Assembly (NCBI GenBank): GCA_040772385.1
Contig: JAXGYF010000001.1
Span: forward strand, 6,701,049 to 6,765,048
Origin: Candidatus Vecturithrix sp.
GTDB lineage: Bacteria; Moduliflexota; Moduliflexia; Moduliflexales; Moduliflexaceae
Direction: 5' to 3'
DNA: 64,000 nt
This document shows, one piece after another, positions 54,690 to 64,000 of this stretch. Position numbers and translations under genes: made by a program. Position 1 is the first letter of the stretch. Each line of letters begins with the position of its first letter. Below the pieces are notes generated by a model, which saw only the letters and a program-made list of their open reading frames with translations, ran no database searches and was not told where the DNA came from.

Positions 54690-54756
54690 AAACCTACAAG
54701 AATTGATATAGAAGCAAGCGATTCTTGCTTCTATATCAATTCTTGTAGGTTCATCT
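54690..54756. repeat. Second adjacent long palindrome CTACAAGAATTGATATAGAAGCAAG-cgat-CTTGCTTCTATATCAATTCTTGTAG (family-L core only)
   Basis: About 30-bp near-perfect arms read from sequence. Confidence 0.5.
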
Positions 54757-54769
54757 GGTCTGTCAAGTC

Positions 54770-55789
54770 TTAATTTTCCACAATCACTTTCATGGCCTGG
54801 CCGGAGCGCATCAATTCCACGCCGCGCATAAGTTCTGTCAGGGGCACGCGATGCGTAATCAGGGCTGAGGGATGAATACGTCCGCTTTGCAAGAGCTTGA
54901 TCGTCTGTTCGAAAGGTTTTAATCCTACAAACGCCCCGTGGACGGTCAAATCATAGCGGGTAATTGTATATTGATTCACCGCCGGATTATCATGCGGACG
55001 CAAACCAAAAAGCAGGACATTTCCGCCGCGCCGGACGAGTTTGATTGCGGTGTTGATCTGGTTTCCTACGGCGTCAATCACAATATCGGCCCCGATACCC
55101 GTGCTCTTTTTGACCTCCTTTGTTACATCAACAGCCGTAGGATTCAAAGCGGCGTCAACGCCGATTTTTTCGGCAACATCAAGCCGATAGGGAGAAATAT
55201 CTGCAACCAGAATTTTGCCTGCGCCCAGCGTACGGTACATCTCGGCAAAGAGCAAACCCATGGGGCCTGCGCCGATAATGGCGACCGCATCTCCGGCTTG
55301 AAAAGGGACGCGCGCGGTCGCGCCGACCACGCAGGAAAGGGGTTCAAAAAAGAGCGCATCATCAGAAGCGACGGTATCTCCGATTTTGTAAAATGCCTGC
55401 TGCGGCGCACGCACGTAAGGCGCAAAGGCCCCATCAATCGTGGTGCCGATCGTCTGATAATTGATGCACTGGTTATCTAACCCTTTGCGACAATACACGC
55501 ATTTCCCGCAAGTTAAGCGCGGGGCGATCACCACCCGGTCTCCGGGCTGCAAATCCCTGACAGCCTGGCCGATCTCTGCAACAGTGCCCACGCCTTCATG
55601 CCCGATAATGACGCCGGGCGTCGCCTTGTGCGCCGGCGGAACAGCAAGAATATTCATATCCGTGCCGCAAATCCCGCAGGCCTCAATTGTAACGAGCACC
55701 TCATCAGGCTGTGTGATTTGCGGAATCGGGCGATCTCCATACTCAATCTGCCCTTCGCCTTTAAAAATAGGAACATACATGGTATTCAT
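54770..55789 (-). CDS. zinc-dependent alcohol dehydrogenase (MDR family; threonine/sorbitol dehydrogenase-like)
   Basis: Structural and catalytic Zn motifs (CGICGTD, GHEGVG, CGKCVYCRKG), GAGPMG Rossmann motif; start at MNTMYV behind GGAGAG. Confidence 0.8.
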   Translation of the reverse strand: MNTMYVPIFKGEGQIEYGDRPIPQITQPDEVLVTIEACGICGTDMNILAVPPAHKATPGVIIGHEGVGTVAEIGQAVRDLQPGDRVVIAPRLTCGKCVYCRKGLDNQCINYQTIGTTIDGAFAPYVRAPQQAFYKIGDTVASDDALFFEPLSCVVGATARVPFQAGDAVAIIGAGPMGLLFAEMYRTLGAGKILVADISPYRLDVAEKIGVDAALNPTAVDVTKEVKKSTGIGADIVIDAVGNQINTAIKLVRRGGNVLLFGLRPHDNPAVNQYTITRYDLTVHGAFVGLKPFEQTIKLLQSGRIHPSALITHRVPLTELMRGVELMRSGQAMKVIVEN

Positions 55790-55802
55790 AAATTCTCTCC
55801 AT

Positions 55803-58241
55803 TTACACAGATTCAAATTCGGTTCGTCGGATAATTTCATTTTGTAATTCCTGATCCAGTTCGGTAAAATATGCGCTATAGCCTGCCACTCGTACGACCA
55901 GATGGCGATACTGTTCCGGGTGCGTCTGAGCCTCACGCAATGTAGCGGCGGAAACCACGTTGAATTGCACGTGCGGAATTTTCAGGGTACAAAATCCGCG
56001 TAACAGGGTCACAAATTTCTCTAGGGCGTACTTTCCCTCAAAAAAGGAGGGGAGAAATTTCATATTCAGCAAGGTTCCATTTGACGCCAGGCGCAGATTC
56101 ATTTTACTGACAGAACGCAGCACCGCGGTCGGACCTTTGCGGTCGCAGCCGGCCATGGGCGACACGCCGCCATCGGCTAAAGGTTCTCCGGCCAGACGAC
56201 CGTCAGGCGTTGCACCCACATTCGCACCCATCGGCACATGCGCTGACACCGTATAAAATCCGGGTTGATACACGCCGCCGCGCCTGGTTGGATGCTGCGC
56301 CACGAGTTCGCTGTAGCGGTCAGCCCATTTTTGTTCAAACTGGTCAACGCGGTCGTCGTCATTGCCATATTTGGGAACTCTGTGGATCAGGCGTTGGCGC
56401 AGGGTTTCCTGTCCGTCAAAATTCTTGCGCAGAGTGTCCAGCAATTCTCCGGCCGAAAGCCAGTGCTCCTCAAATAGCGATTGTTTTACCGCAGCCAGGC
56501 TGTCAGCCACATTCGCGATCTGTACTCCTTGTACCCCTGAAAAATTGTAACGCGCGCCGCCGGCGGTCACATCCAGGCCGTGTTCGATACAATCAGAGAT
56601 CACCAGCGACAGGAATGGGGAAGGCAGCATCTCAGCATGAATGCTGTCCACGATATTGCAGCCTTTGACCATCAGAGGCACAAAATAGGCGAGCTGTTTG
56701 TCGTAAGCCGTTTCTAATTCCTCAAAACTCGCCATCTGATCTAAGGACGGCGTTTCAAGTCCAATCTGTTGTTCGCTGTGCGGATCTTTTCCACCGAACA
56801 GGGTCAATTCCAGAATGCGGGTCAAATTAAACATCGAAGCGTCGCTCCACCCCAGAGCTTTACCAGGGGTGGAGAGTTCAACGCAGCCCACGACCGCGTA
56901 ATTAATGGCATCTTCAGGGGCAATGCCACGATTGATCTGTCCCGGAATAATCACCTCATCATTGAACACTTGCGGCATACCGCTGCCTTTGCTGATGACT
57001 TCCGAAGCGGCCAGTAAAAACTCCTGGGGACTGTTTTTATGGATACGAATCGAAAGATTGGGCTGTGTCAAACCGAGATCCGCCTGGGCGCGCAGACACA
57101 TATAACTGAGAAAGTTGGCCGCGTCGCTGCCATCCTGTTGCTGCCCGCCCAGGACGATGTTAAATCCAATCGGAAATCCGGCAAAATAACGCGCGCTGGA
57201 ACTGCTGCGCAATAAAACGATTTCATTAAATTTCAGCCAGAGATGTTCGAGCAAAATCTGCGCTTCGTCGAGCGTCAATTTGCCGCTTTCTACATCCTGT
57301 TCAAGATAGGGCAGCATGTATTGATCGAAACGCCCCGGTGAAAAACTGCTGGCGTTCGATTCGATTTGCAGGAGCACAAAGAGAAACCAGATCGCTTGCA
57401 GCGCGTCTCGAAAATCACGCGCCGGATGTTCGGAAAGCCATTCGCAGATTTCTGCCATCTGTTCCAATTCCTGCCGGCGCTGCTCACCTTTATGCTCTTC
57501 ACTTAGACGACGAGCAACATCAGCGTAACGCCGTATAAATTCCTGCGCGGCTTGTAAAGCGATGAATGCAGCGTCATAAAAATGTTGAATACCGGTATCA
57601 TGAGTTGCTGAGGCGCTAGCCTGTCTGGTTTTTTCTTGCAATCCGCGAATTCCGAGGCGTAACCAGCCTTCTACATCCGGTAGAATGTGCCCCTGAGCAT
57701 GATCGGTTTGATTCAAACTGAAGGCTTTACCTTTCACTGCCGTCATCACGTCCGCTGGGACGCGGGCCGCCACCGTATCTTCCAGGGTTTTCCCTCGCCA
57801 ATACGGGAAAATATGTTCTCGCAATTCCGCAATCTGTTCGGAGGTGATCTGAAATCTGTCTTGCGGTCGCGTGGGCAGAACTTCCAATTCCTTATCAATC
57901 CAATCCACCGCGCCTTCCGGGGCAATCACGCCCATTCTGGGCTTTAATGAACGATTGCCGACGATCAATTCATCCGCGTCAATCGTAATACTCATTTTGC
58001 GCGCAAGGTGTAATAACATCTTTGCGCGGCGAAGAGGCATTGGCTCGCCTTCAGTCTGCTGGTAACTTTCCGTGGTATAACGCGCGCGTTCGAGATCAAT
58101 TTCCCGCTCATTTCGAATAAGTCGGTCTTTGATCCGCGCAACCCGTTCACAAGGGCAGATTGCCTGTCGGTGTTCCTTTGTAAACGCGCTCTGCGGCTCT
58201 TGTCGCAATTGTGCTAAAAGTACTTTGGCATTCACTGTCAT
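55803..58241 (-). CDS. glycyl-radical enzyme (PFL-like fold; dehydratase/lyase clade, substrate unknown)
   Basis: C-terminal glycyl radical motif RVAGYSAYF; about 812 aa; the longer ORF to 58415 includes non-coding repeat sequence. Confidence 0.8.
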   Translation of the reverse strand: MTVNAKVLLAQLRQEPQSAFTKEHRQAICPCERVARIKDRLIRNEREIDLERARYTTESYQQTEGEPMPLRRAKMLLHLARKMSITIDADELIVGNRSLKPRMGVIAPEGAVDWIDKELEVLPTRPQDRFQITSEQIAELREHIFPYWRGKTLEDTVAARVPADVMTAVKGKAFSLNQTDHAQGHILPDVEGWLRLGIRGLQEKTRQASASATHDTGIQHFYDAAFIALQAAQEFIRRYADVARRLSEEHKGEQRRQELEQMAEICEWLSEHPARDFRDALQAIWFLFVLLQIESNASSFSPGRFDQYMLPYLEQDVESGKLTLDEAQILLEHLWLKFNEIVLLRSSSSARYFAGFPIGFNIVLGGQQQDGSDAANFLSYMCLRAQADLGLTQPNLSIRIHKNSPQEFLLAASEVISKGSGMPQVFNDEVIIPGQINRGIAPEDAINYAVVGCVELSTPGKALGWSDASMFNLTRILELTLFGGKDPHSEQQIGLETPSLDQMASFEELETAYDKQLAYFVPLMVKGCNIVDSIHAEMLPSPFLSLVISDCIEHGLDVTAGGARYNFSGVQGVQIANVADSLAAVKQSLFEEHWLSAGELLDTLRKNFDGQETLRQRLIHRVPKYGNDDDRVDQFEQKWADRYSELVAQHPTRRGGVYQPGFYTVSAHVPMGANVGATPDGRLAGEPLADGGVSPMAGCDRKGPTAVLRSVSKMNLRLASNGTLLNMKFLPSFFEGKYALEKFVTLLRGFCTLKIPHVQFNVVSAATLREAQTHPEQYRHLVVRVAGYSAYFTELDQELQNEIIRRTEFESV

Positions 58242-58298
58242 ATCGGAATTGCCCACGAAACACACGAAAGGACACGGAAAAAAGAAAATAATGGAGGG

Positions 58299-58359
58299 CT
58301 TACGCAATCCCCCCCTCAGTCCCCCCGCTTGCGGGGGGATAAAGGGGGGTGTGCGTAAG
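58299..58359. repeat. GC-rich hairpin CTTACGCA-ATCCCCCCTCAGTCCCCCC-GCTTGC-GGGGGGATAAAGGGGGG-TGTGCGTAAG, related to the motifs in 46715-47108
   Basis: Read from sequence. Confidence 0.45.
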
Positions 58360-58422
58360 TCCTGTAATGAATACTTTAGAACACTACACTGGATTTGAGA
58401 ATGGAGCAGACACACGTGAAAG

Positions 58423-58453
58423 AAACCGGGTTTTTCGAAAAAACCCGGTTTCT
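58423..58453. repeat. PRE-family palindrome GAAACCGGGTTTTTCGAAAAAACCCGGTTTC
   Basis: Read from sequence. Confidence 0.6.
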
Positions 58454-58570
58454 ATACTCGGTTCCTTTACATCCGTTGAATTCTTTCATCCGTTGTAGTG
58501 TTTGACAGGAGCCAGATTTTTCTTTTTTCCGTGTCTTTCCGGGTGTTTTGTGGGCCCCTCCCCAACTCTT

Positions 58571-59518
58571 TCAAGCAATGAGCTGCCGGGCTTGCCAGGC
58601 GCAGCCGAGAATCGGGCCATCCGTATCCAGTTCGGTCGCCACGATACGCACGCCGGGACCGACTGATTTGAAGGAATATTTAGGCACAATCTCGCGCGCT
58701 GGCTCCAGCAATACGTCGCCGGCTTTGGCAACGCTGCCGCCGATAACGTACAAGTCAATATTCAAAATCATGGCCAGCGAGGCAATCGTGATCCCCAGGG
58801 CCTCGCCGGCCCTGGTGATGACTTGCAGCGCCAGTTCATCACCTTGCGCGGCTAACTGCGCGACTAACGCCCCGCTGATTTCATCCTGGTTGACAGAGGG
58901 TACGCCGTTATGCTGCACAAGCGCGTTTTGATAATGTCGCGCCAACCAGGGGCCGCTTGTATAGGTCTCCACGCACCCTCTGGAACCGCAGGGACACAGG
59001 TTTCCCTGGGGATCAAGCGTGATATGCCCCACTTCCCCGGCAAAATTGTGCAGACCGCGATACACTTGTCCCTCAATAATAATTGCGGCGCCGACGCCCG
59101 TGCCCACGACAATATACACCATGCTTTGTTCTCCTTGACCTGCGCCGTAATAAAACTCGCCCAGGGCAGCGGCTTTGGCGTCGTGTTCCAGGTTGACCGG
59201 GATCTTCAGGCGATCTTCTAACAACTGTCGTAACGGCGTATGATGCAAGGCCTGGAGATTAGGCGGATCAAGCAGCATTCCGACTTGATGATCGACCGGA
59301 CCAGGTGAACAGATTCCCATCGCACCCAAACGTTGTCCCCCGGGAATTGTCTGTTCCAATTCCGTCACGCTTTGAGCAATGCGTTCAACTACCATCTGGG
59401 GACCGGAGTCACTTTCGGTCAGAATGCGCCGACGCGCAATAATCCGGTTTTCAGGATCGACCAGGCCTGCATCAATCTTGGTTGCACCTAAATCAATACC
59501 CACAACCCATTCAGACAT
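58571..59518 (-). CDS. ROK-family sugar kinase (glucokinase-like)
   Basis: VVGIDLGATK N-terminus and the ROK Zn-site CPCGSRGCVE; GGGAGG RBS. Confidence 0.75.
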   Translation of the reverse strand: MSEWVVGIDLGATKIDAGLVDPENRIIARRRILTESDSGPQMVVERIAQSVTELEQTIPGGQRLGAMGICSPGPVDHQVGMLLDPPNLQALHHTPLRQLLEDRLKIPVNLEHDAKAAALGEFYYGAGQGEQSMVYIVVGTGVGAAIIIEGQVYRGLHNFAGEVGHITLDPQGNLCPCGSRGCVETYTSGPWLARHYQNALVQHNGVPSVNQDEISGALVAQLAAQGDELALQVITRAGEALGITIASLAMILNIDLYVIGGSVAKAGDVLLEPAREIVPKYSFKSVGPGVRIVATELDTDGPILGCAWQARQLIA

Positions 59519-59532
59519 GTTTACCTCCCATG

Positions 59533-59598
59533 TAGATGAAATTTTCATTCGTGCGGACAAAAACCGAGTTTTTTCGGAAAAACTCGGGTTTTTCTGAC
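59533..59598. repeat. Extended PRE cassette (variant palindrome AAAAACCGAGTTTTTTCGGAAAAACTCGGGTTTTT + GTCCGCACGAATGAAAATTTCATCTACATGGGAGG) 5' of the ROK gene
   Basis: Read from sequence. Confidence 0.55.
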
Positions 59599-59602
59599 TG
59601 AC

Positions 59603-60016
59603 TCATTCTTCATTGATAATACTGACTCCTAACCGAGCCATTTTCATATCTTCCTGTTCCGGTAAACTGCTGACGCCAACCGCACCAATCACCTGACCTT
59701 GATACACAATCGGGACTCCGCCGCCCCAACTGGTATAACGCACATCCCCGAAATTGCTCATCGGGAATCCCTTGTCGCGGGAAGACTGTCCGATTTTTGC
59801 AGACTCTTTCCGTTCACGCGCGGCAGTAAAGGCCTTATTGATTGCAATATTGATGGATGGTAAACGACAGCCATCGGTGCGCAGAAAGGCTATCAATTCG
59901 CCCTGGGCATCCACGACAGCAACCGCGGCTCCTTTCTGACCTTTTTCCAGTTCTGCCTGAATCGCAGTAATAATTTTGAGTGCATCAGCATGTGAAAGCT
60001 GGTAACTCTGGTACAT
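59603..60016 (-). CDS. GlcG/DUF336-family (heme-binding-like) protein
   Basis: 137 aa with GlcG-like pattern (AAVAVVDAQGELIAF...GGGVPI...GAVGVSS). Confidence 0.6.
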   Translation of the reverse strand: MYQSYQLSHADALKIITAIQAELEKGQKGAAVAVVDAQGELIAFLRTDGCRLPSINIAINKAFTAARERKESAKIGQSSRDKGFPMSNFGDVRYTSWGGGVPIVYQGQVIGAVGVSSLPEQEDMKMARLGVSIINEE

Positions 60017-60021
60017 GAATC

Positions 60022-60095
60022 TTCTCCCATGTAAATGAAATATTCATTCCTGCGTGTAAGAAACCGGGTTTTTTGAAAAAACCCGGTTTCTATGC
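60022..60095. repeat. Extended PRE cassette (palindrome + TTACACGCAGGAATGAATATTTCATTTACATGGGAGAAG) immediately 5' of the GlcG-like start
   Basis: Read from sequence; near-identical to 23338-23412. Confidence 0.6.
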
Positions 60096-60162
60096 TTCAC
60101 TCCTTTGAATGTCGCGCGAGATTATATTTCACGCCCGCGAAACCGGAGTTTCGCGGGGACAT

Positions 60163-61005
60163 CTATCCTTTGACAGAACCTGCCATTAACCCGCGAATAA
60201 AGTACCGTCCAAGCAGCACATAGATGAGTGCGGTCGGCAAGGCTGTCACCACTGCGCCAGCCATCACCACATTCCAATCCACCGAAAAAGAACCGGAAAG
60301 ATTGTTCAGCGCAATGGTTACCGGTTGAGCTGCCGGATTCGGTACCACTGTTACGCCAAATAAAAAATCGTTCCAGATATTTGTAAACTGAAAAATGCCG
60401 ACAACAACAAAAGATGGAATCGAAAGCGGCAGCATGACATGCGTGAAGATTTTGAATACGCCTGCTCCATCAACCCGGGCGGCTTCTACCATTTCCGTTG
60501 GTACGCCCGCAAAGTAATTGCGAAAAATTAAGGTAGTAATTGGCAAACCATACACCACATGCACCAGAATCAAACCCGGAATCGTGCCGTATAATTTCAT
60601 CGCCTGTAAAAACCGAACCAGCGGGATCAGGATACTTTGATAGGGGATAAAAAAGCCGAAGAGCATCAGGGTAAAGAGAATATCGGAACCGCGAAATTTC
60701 CACTTTGAGAAGATATAACCGTTAATCGCTCCGAATAGGGAGGAAATAATGGTCGCCGGAATGACCATCTTCAGGCTGTTCAGCATGTTGGTCTGTAAAC
60801 GCTGCCAGGCTTCCACAAAACCGCCTCCGGAAAAGGTTTCCGGAAAATGCCACATAGTCGTTAAGCTCACACCCTGAGCTTCTTTGAGGCCATTGACGAT
60901 CATCACATACACCGGCATCAGATAGAAGAGCAACGCCAGGATCAGAGTGGTTATCATGAGCCAATGCGCGACATGCTCTTTTGAAACACGCGCTGTCTGT
61001 ACCAT
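60163..61005 (-). CDS. carbohydrate ABC transporter permease (MalG-like)
   Basis: 6 TM segments; EAA-loop region EAARVDGAGVFKIF. Confidence 0.75.
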   Translation of the reverse strand: MVQTARVSKEHVAHWLMITTLILALLFYLMPVYVMIVNGLKEAQGVSLTTMWHFPETFSGGGFVEAWQRLQTNMLNSLKMVIPATIISSLFGAINGYIFSKWKFRGSDILFTLMLFGFFIPYQSILIPLVRFLQAMKLYGTIPGLILVHVVYGLPITTLIFRNYFAGVPTEMVEAARVDGAGVFKIFTHVMLPLSIPSFVVVGIFQFTNIWNDFLFGVTVVPNPAAQPVTIALNNLSGSFSVDWNVVMAGAVVTALPTALIYVLLGRYFIRGLMAGSVKG

Positions 61006-61007
61006 AG

Positions 61008-62069
61008 TTAATCCTCCTTCCGCAGGCTGTGGAGCAGGTAAGGAATCATCACGACGCCCACGAAGACCAGCATGACCACAGAGGCCGCTGCTCCGAGATT
61101 ATAGCGCGTGGCCTTAAAAGTCATTTCAAACACAAAAATCGCCGGCACGTCCGTCGCAAAACCAGGCCCAACGCCGGACATGGTGAAGACCAGATCAAAA
61201 ATTTTCAATGACACGTGCAGTAAGATCACGGCCACGCTGATTGTCACCGGTTTGAGCATGGGAATAATTACATGCCAGTAAATTTGCCATTCGCTGGCCC
61301 CGTCAATCCGCGCAGCTTCGTGAACAGACTCCGGAATCGCGGCCATGCCTCCCAGATAGGTGGCCATTACAAAGCCTGAAAGCTGCCAGGTGGCTGCAAT
61401 GGCCACCGGAATCAATGCGGCCGGAATGCCTAATTTGACTTGAAAATCGGCTGCCGCCGGCCAGATGGTTGCCAATGCGCCATTAATATTGAACCAGATG
61501 GTCGGATCCGTGATCCAGCCTGGTTTAAGCGCCTCAAATCCCAGGAAAGTGAGCAGTTTATTGACGCCAAAAATATTGAAAAACAGATTAATTCCGGTTT
61601 CCGGGTTAAAAATCCACCGCCAGGCCACGCCTGTGACGACAAAGGAGAGGGCGTACGGAAAGAGATAGACATTCCGAAAAATCGCGCTTCCTTTCACATT
61701 CCGATCCAGGAAGATTGCCAGAATTAACCCCAGGCAAATCGCCATCGCCATGAATAATACTGTAAAGACAAGGGTATTACGCAAATCGGTTTGAAAGCGC
61801 GGCATCGAGAACATATCAACGTAGGTCTGGTAAAATGGCTCGCGGATGCTCAAATCACGTTTAAGTGAGCGCCAGTTAGAAATTGAAAAATAGAAGGTCA
61901 TGCCGATAAAGAGGTAGACAAAAATCGCGACGGCCACCAATGAAGGCGCAACCAGCAGAATGGCATGGAGGCATTCGGAATGAAACCGGCGTCGAGGCGG
62001 AGCCGTTTTTGATACGGCTGCAGCTCGTTCTGATGTGTGAGTTATTACTTCTGCTGCGATAGTTGACAT
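61008..62069 (-). CDS. carbohydrate ABC transporter permease (MalF-like)
   Basis: TM pattern and EAA-loop EAARIDGASEWQIY. Confidence 0.75.
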   Translation of the reverse strand: MSTIAAEVITHTSERAAAVSKTAPPRRRFHSECLHAILLVAPSLVAVAIFVYLFIGMTFYFSISNWRSLKRDLSIREPFYQTYVDMFSMPRFQTDLRNTLVFTVLFMAMAICLGLILAIFLDRNVKGSAIFRNVYLFPYALSFVVTGVAWRWIFNPETGINLFFNIFGVNKLLTFLGFEALKPGWITDPTIWFNINGALATIWPAAADFQVKLGIPAALIPVAIAATWQLSGFVMATYLGGMAAIPESVHEAARIDGASEWQIYWHVIIPMLKPVTISVAVILLHVSLKIFDLVFTMSGVGPGFATDVPAIFVFEMTFKATRYNLGAAASVVMLVFVGVVMIPYLLHSLRKED

Positions 62070-62142
62070 AATTGAATCGCCGTGGAGGGATCTGTCAGGT
62101 TTTCAAAACCTGACAGATCGTGTTAAAATCACCTGTTTGTCG

Positions 62143-62189
62143 TCGTTCTGGCTTCAGCCAGTTCTTCCCGCTGAAGCGGGAACTACGAG
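62143..62189. repeat. GTCGTTC-[TGGCttcaGCCA]-[CCCGCtgaaGCGGG]-AACTAC compound hairpin (GTAGTTC family)
   Basis: Read from sequence. Confidence 0.45.
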
Positions 62190-62199
62190 CATTGCATCC

Positions 62200-63468
62200 T
62201 TATTTCCCAAAGCCAGAAGACTGCGCGGCCTGCACCAGATTTTGTGAGAAGGCTTTGACGTTGCGATCGACCACAAAGCTTGTAACCGCATCGTTCACAG
62301 CCTGCTGAAAATCAGCCGGAGCAGCGGAACCGTGCACCAGGGTCGGCACGAGGATGTCTTTAGCAAAAGAGTCCATCGACCAGTTGTGATAGGCCCCGAA
62401 TTTTTCGCGGTCGCAATCGGTGCGAGCGCAGATCGAACCTTTCAGCGGATTAAAGGCTTCCTGGGCTTCCTTGCTCCCCAGGACACGCAGCCAGTTTTTG
62501 ACGTTCTCCGGATTAGGCGCGTTATTGGCTTGCACGAAACCATCCGCGCAGACTATAAAACTGCCCGCGCTTCCGGGATGGCTGACCCAACCGAAATCAA
62601 CGTTATCTTGCAATTTCGCATTGGCAAATTCACCATAGGCCCAGTCGCCCATCGAATTGAAAACACAAGATCCTTCAATCAGTTTTTTCACGGCCTGATC
62701 CCAGGAAAGAGCGGAATGATCGCTATTTTGATAATCTAACATGCGGCCATAGACCTCCATAGCCTTGATCACATCAGGATCGGCAAAAGAAACCGACCCA
62801 TTCCACAATCCCAGATATTTTTCAGGGCCGACAACGCCTAAGAGGGTATTTTCGAAGAGTTGAGCGGTGGTCCAGATACCTGAATCGCCCATGCACATTG
62901 GAGTAATGCCCGCTGCCTGCAATTTTTCGGCAATTTCAAAGAACTCATCAACACTCATTGTCTCGCCAACAGGAATTCCCTGCTCATCCAGAATTTTTTT
63001 GTTATACCAGAGGCCATTGCCGCGATGGACGCCAACCGTAATCTGGTACACGTCCTCACCGATTGACATCAGGTCGATCAACGCTTTCGGAGTCACGTCA
63101 AACCACCCTTCTTCCTTGTATAAATCGGTCAGCGACACAATGAATTCAGGTTCCACATACTGCCCGATCAGTTCAAATCCCGGATGTACCTGCCAGGTAT
63201 CAGGAGGAGTTCCACCTGCCAAGCGAGTTTGCAGAACACCACGCGCGGCCGAACCGCCGCCGCCAGCTACTGTGGCATTTACGATTTCAACGCCCGGATA
63301 GGCTGCGTTATACGCGCTAAATAAAGACTCAAGCGCCGCTGCCTCGCCGCCTGAGGTCCACCAGGAAAACACTTCCAATTGTCCTGCGGCCTGCGCCTGA
63401 ACTCCAATGACGCACATTCCAAGAAGCAATACACTCAACAGAACACTGAAACGCTTGAAAAATACCAT
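62200..63468 (-). CDS. extracellular solute-binding protein, family 1 (sugar ABC transporter)
   Basis: Signal peptide; SBP_bac_1-type pattern; lies upstream of the two sugar permeases. Confidence 0.75.
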   Translation of the reverse strand: MVFFKRFSVLLSVLLLGMCVIGVQAQAAGQLEVFSWWTSGGEAAALESLFSAYNAAYPGVEIVNATVAGGGGSAARGVLQTRLAGGTPPDTWQVHPGFELIGQYVEPEFIVSLTDLYKEEGWFDVTPKALIDLMSIGEDVYQITVGVHRGNGLWYNKKILDEQGIPVGETMSVDEFFEIAEKLQAAGITPMCMGDSGIWTTAQLFENTLLGVVGPEKYLGLWNGSVSFADPDVIKAMEVYGRMLDYQNSDHSALSWDQAVKKLIEGSCVFNSMGDWAYGEFANAKLQDNVDFGWVSHPGSAGSFIVCADGFVQANNAPNPENVKNWLRVLGSKEAQEAFNPLKGSICARTDCDREKFGAYHNWSMDSFAKDILVPTLVHGSAAPADFQQAVNDAVTSFVVDRNVKAFSQNLVQAAQSSGFGK

Positions 63469-64000
63469 ACAAGCCTCCTTTGATTAGGTGGTCCCATAGT
63501 TCGAAGTATCAGCTCGACCAGAGACCCCTGATTAACTGTAAACTGCTGAACCACGCAAAATTGTTTAACTTCTTCAATTTCTCTCATTTGAAGCATAAAT
63601 ATCTTTATTAGAAATAAAAATATCTTGTATTGAAGAAATTTAAACTTTCAAGTGAAAGTAGAATATATGTAAAATATGTCAAGAAAAATTTTTAATTTTT
63701 TATGTTGAAAGAATTTTGTCTGATTTACAGGTATTTCTGCACAGCTGCAAATGCGCCTGGGGATGGATATTATGTCATTGTGGAGGCTGATTCACGGTGC
63801 AATGAATCACTCTCACAGAGGGATACAGGACTCCTGGCGTTTTGTTTTCCTTCTCGCTGAGCTTATCCACGTCTCCAAGAGTGCGTAACATGGGGTATTT
63901 ATAAGTATTAACCTTCCTTATTCGTACCCCGGACAAGATCGTCCGGGGTACGGGTCTGTTCAAAGGCACATTAACTCAACTGAATAATGCTGTAATCGCC

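Noticed and set aside
63775-63969. 64-aa ORF and the GTACCCCGGAC-aagatc-GTCCGGGGTAC hairpin at the window end
   Set aside because: The ORF lacks support. The hairpin is real (11-bp stem) but has no U-tract and no partner copy in the window; too close to the window edge to interpret.
1-64000. CRISPR arrays, tRNA/rRNA genes, transposases, integrases
   Set aside because: No regularly spaced direct repeats, no tRNA-like T-arm (GGTTCGAATCC-type) or rRNA segments, and no recombinase-like ORFs were found by eye. The repeats present are palindromic and dispersed, not arrayed.

Overview
This is a 64-kb gene-dense chromosomal segment of a roughly 50% GC bacterium, mostly minus-strand coding. The most unusual region is a co-directional ~10 kb block (10.4-20.4 kb) encoding three diverged TerD-like proteins (one a tandem fusion), a TerF-type vWA protein, a trypsin-like protease, three lid-less Hsp70 paralogs and an elongated GrpE-like protein. 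Each Hsp70 gene is preceded by a conserved ~90-nt structured leader ending CTTGTAGTTTC immediately before the RBS. The same leader also precedes Dabb, the encapsulin gene and a small ORF elsewhere in the window. Other recognisable content: the C-terminal tail of rpsA; a type-II P-type cation ATPase; pgpA; a nonulosonic (sialic-like) acid neuB-neuC-neuA cluster with two capsule-type transferases; an RND efflux operon with a family-5 periplasmic binding protein embedded between the adaptor and the pump; a dual cNMP-binding protein; an EncFtn cargo (C-terminal GIGSLK targeting peptide) plus family-1 encapsulin shell; ABC peptide permeases; carbamoyltransferase plus SxtJ-like protein; queA-lepB; a rhomboid-TPR-zinc-ribbon protein; wrbA; a cold-shock block typA-deaD-cspA; a glycyl-radical enzyme/activase cluster with an ADH and a Dabb protein; a ROK kinase, a GlcG-like protein and a sugar ABC system. 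The window is also saturated with at least five families of dispersed palindromic repeats. The commonest is GAAACCGGGTTTTTTGAAAAAACCCGGTTTC (13 or more copies), frequently placed directly 5' of ribosome-binding sites. No rRNA, tRNA, CRISPR array, transposase or integrase was recognised by eye. Coordinates derived by codon arithmetic from the ORF track can be off by 1-3 nt.
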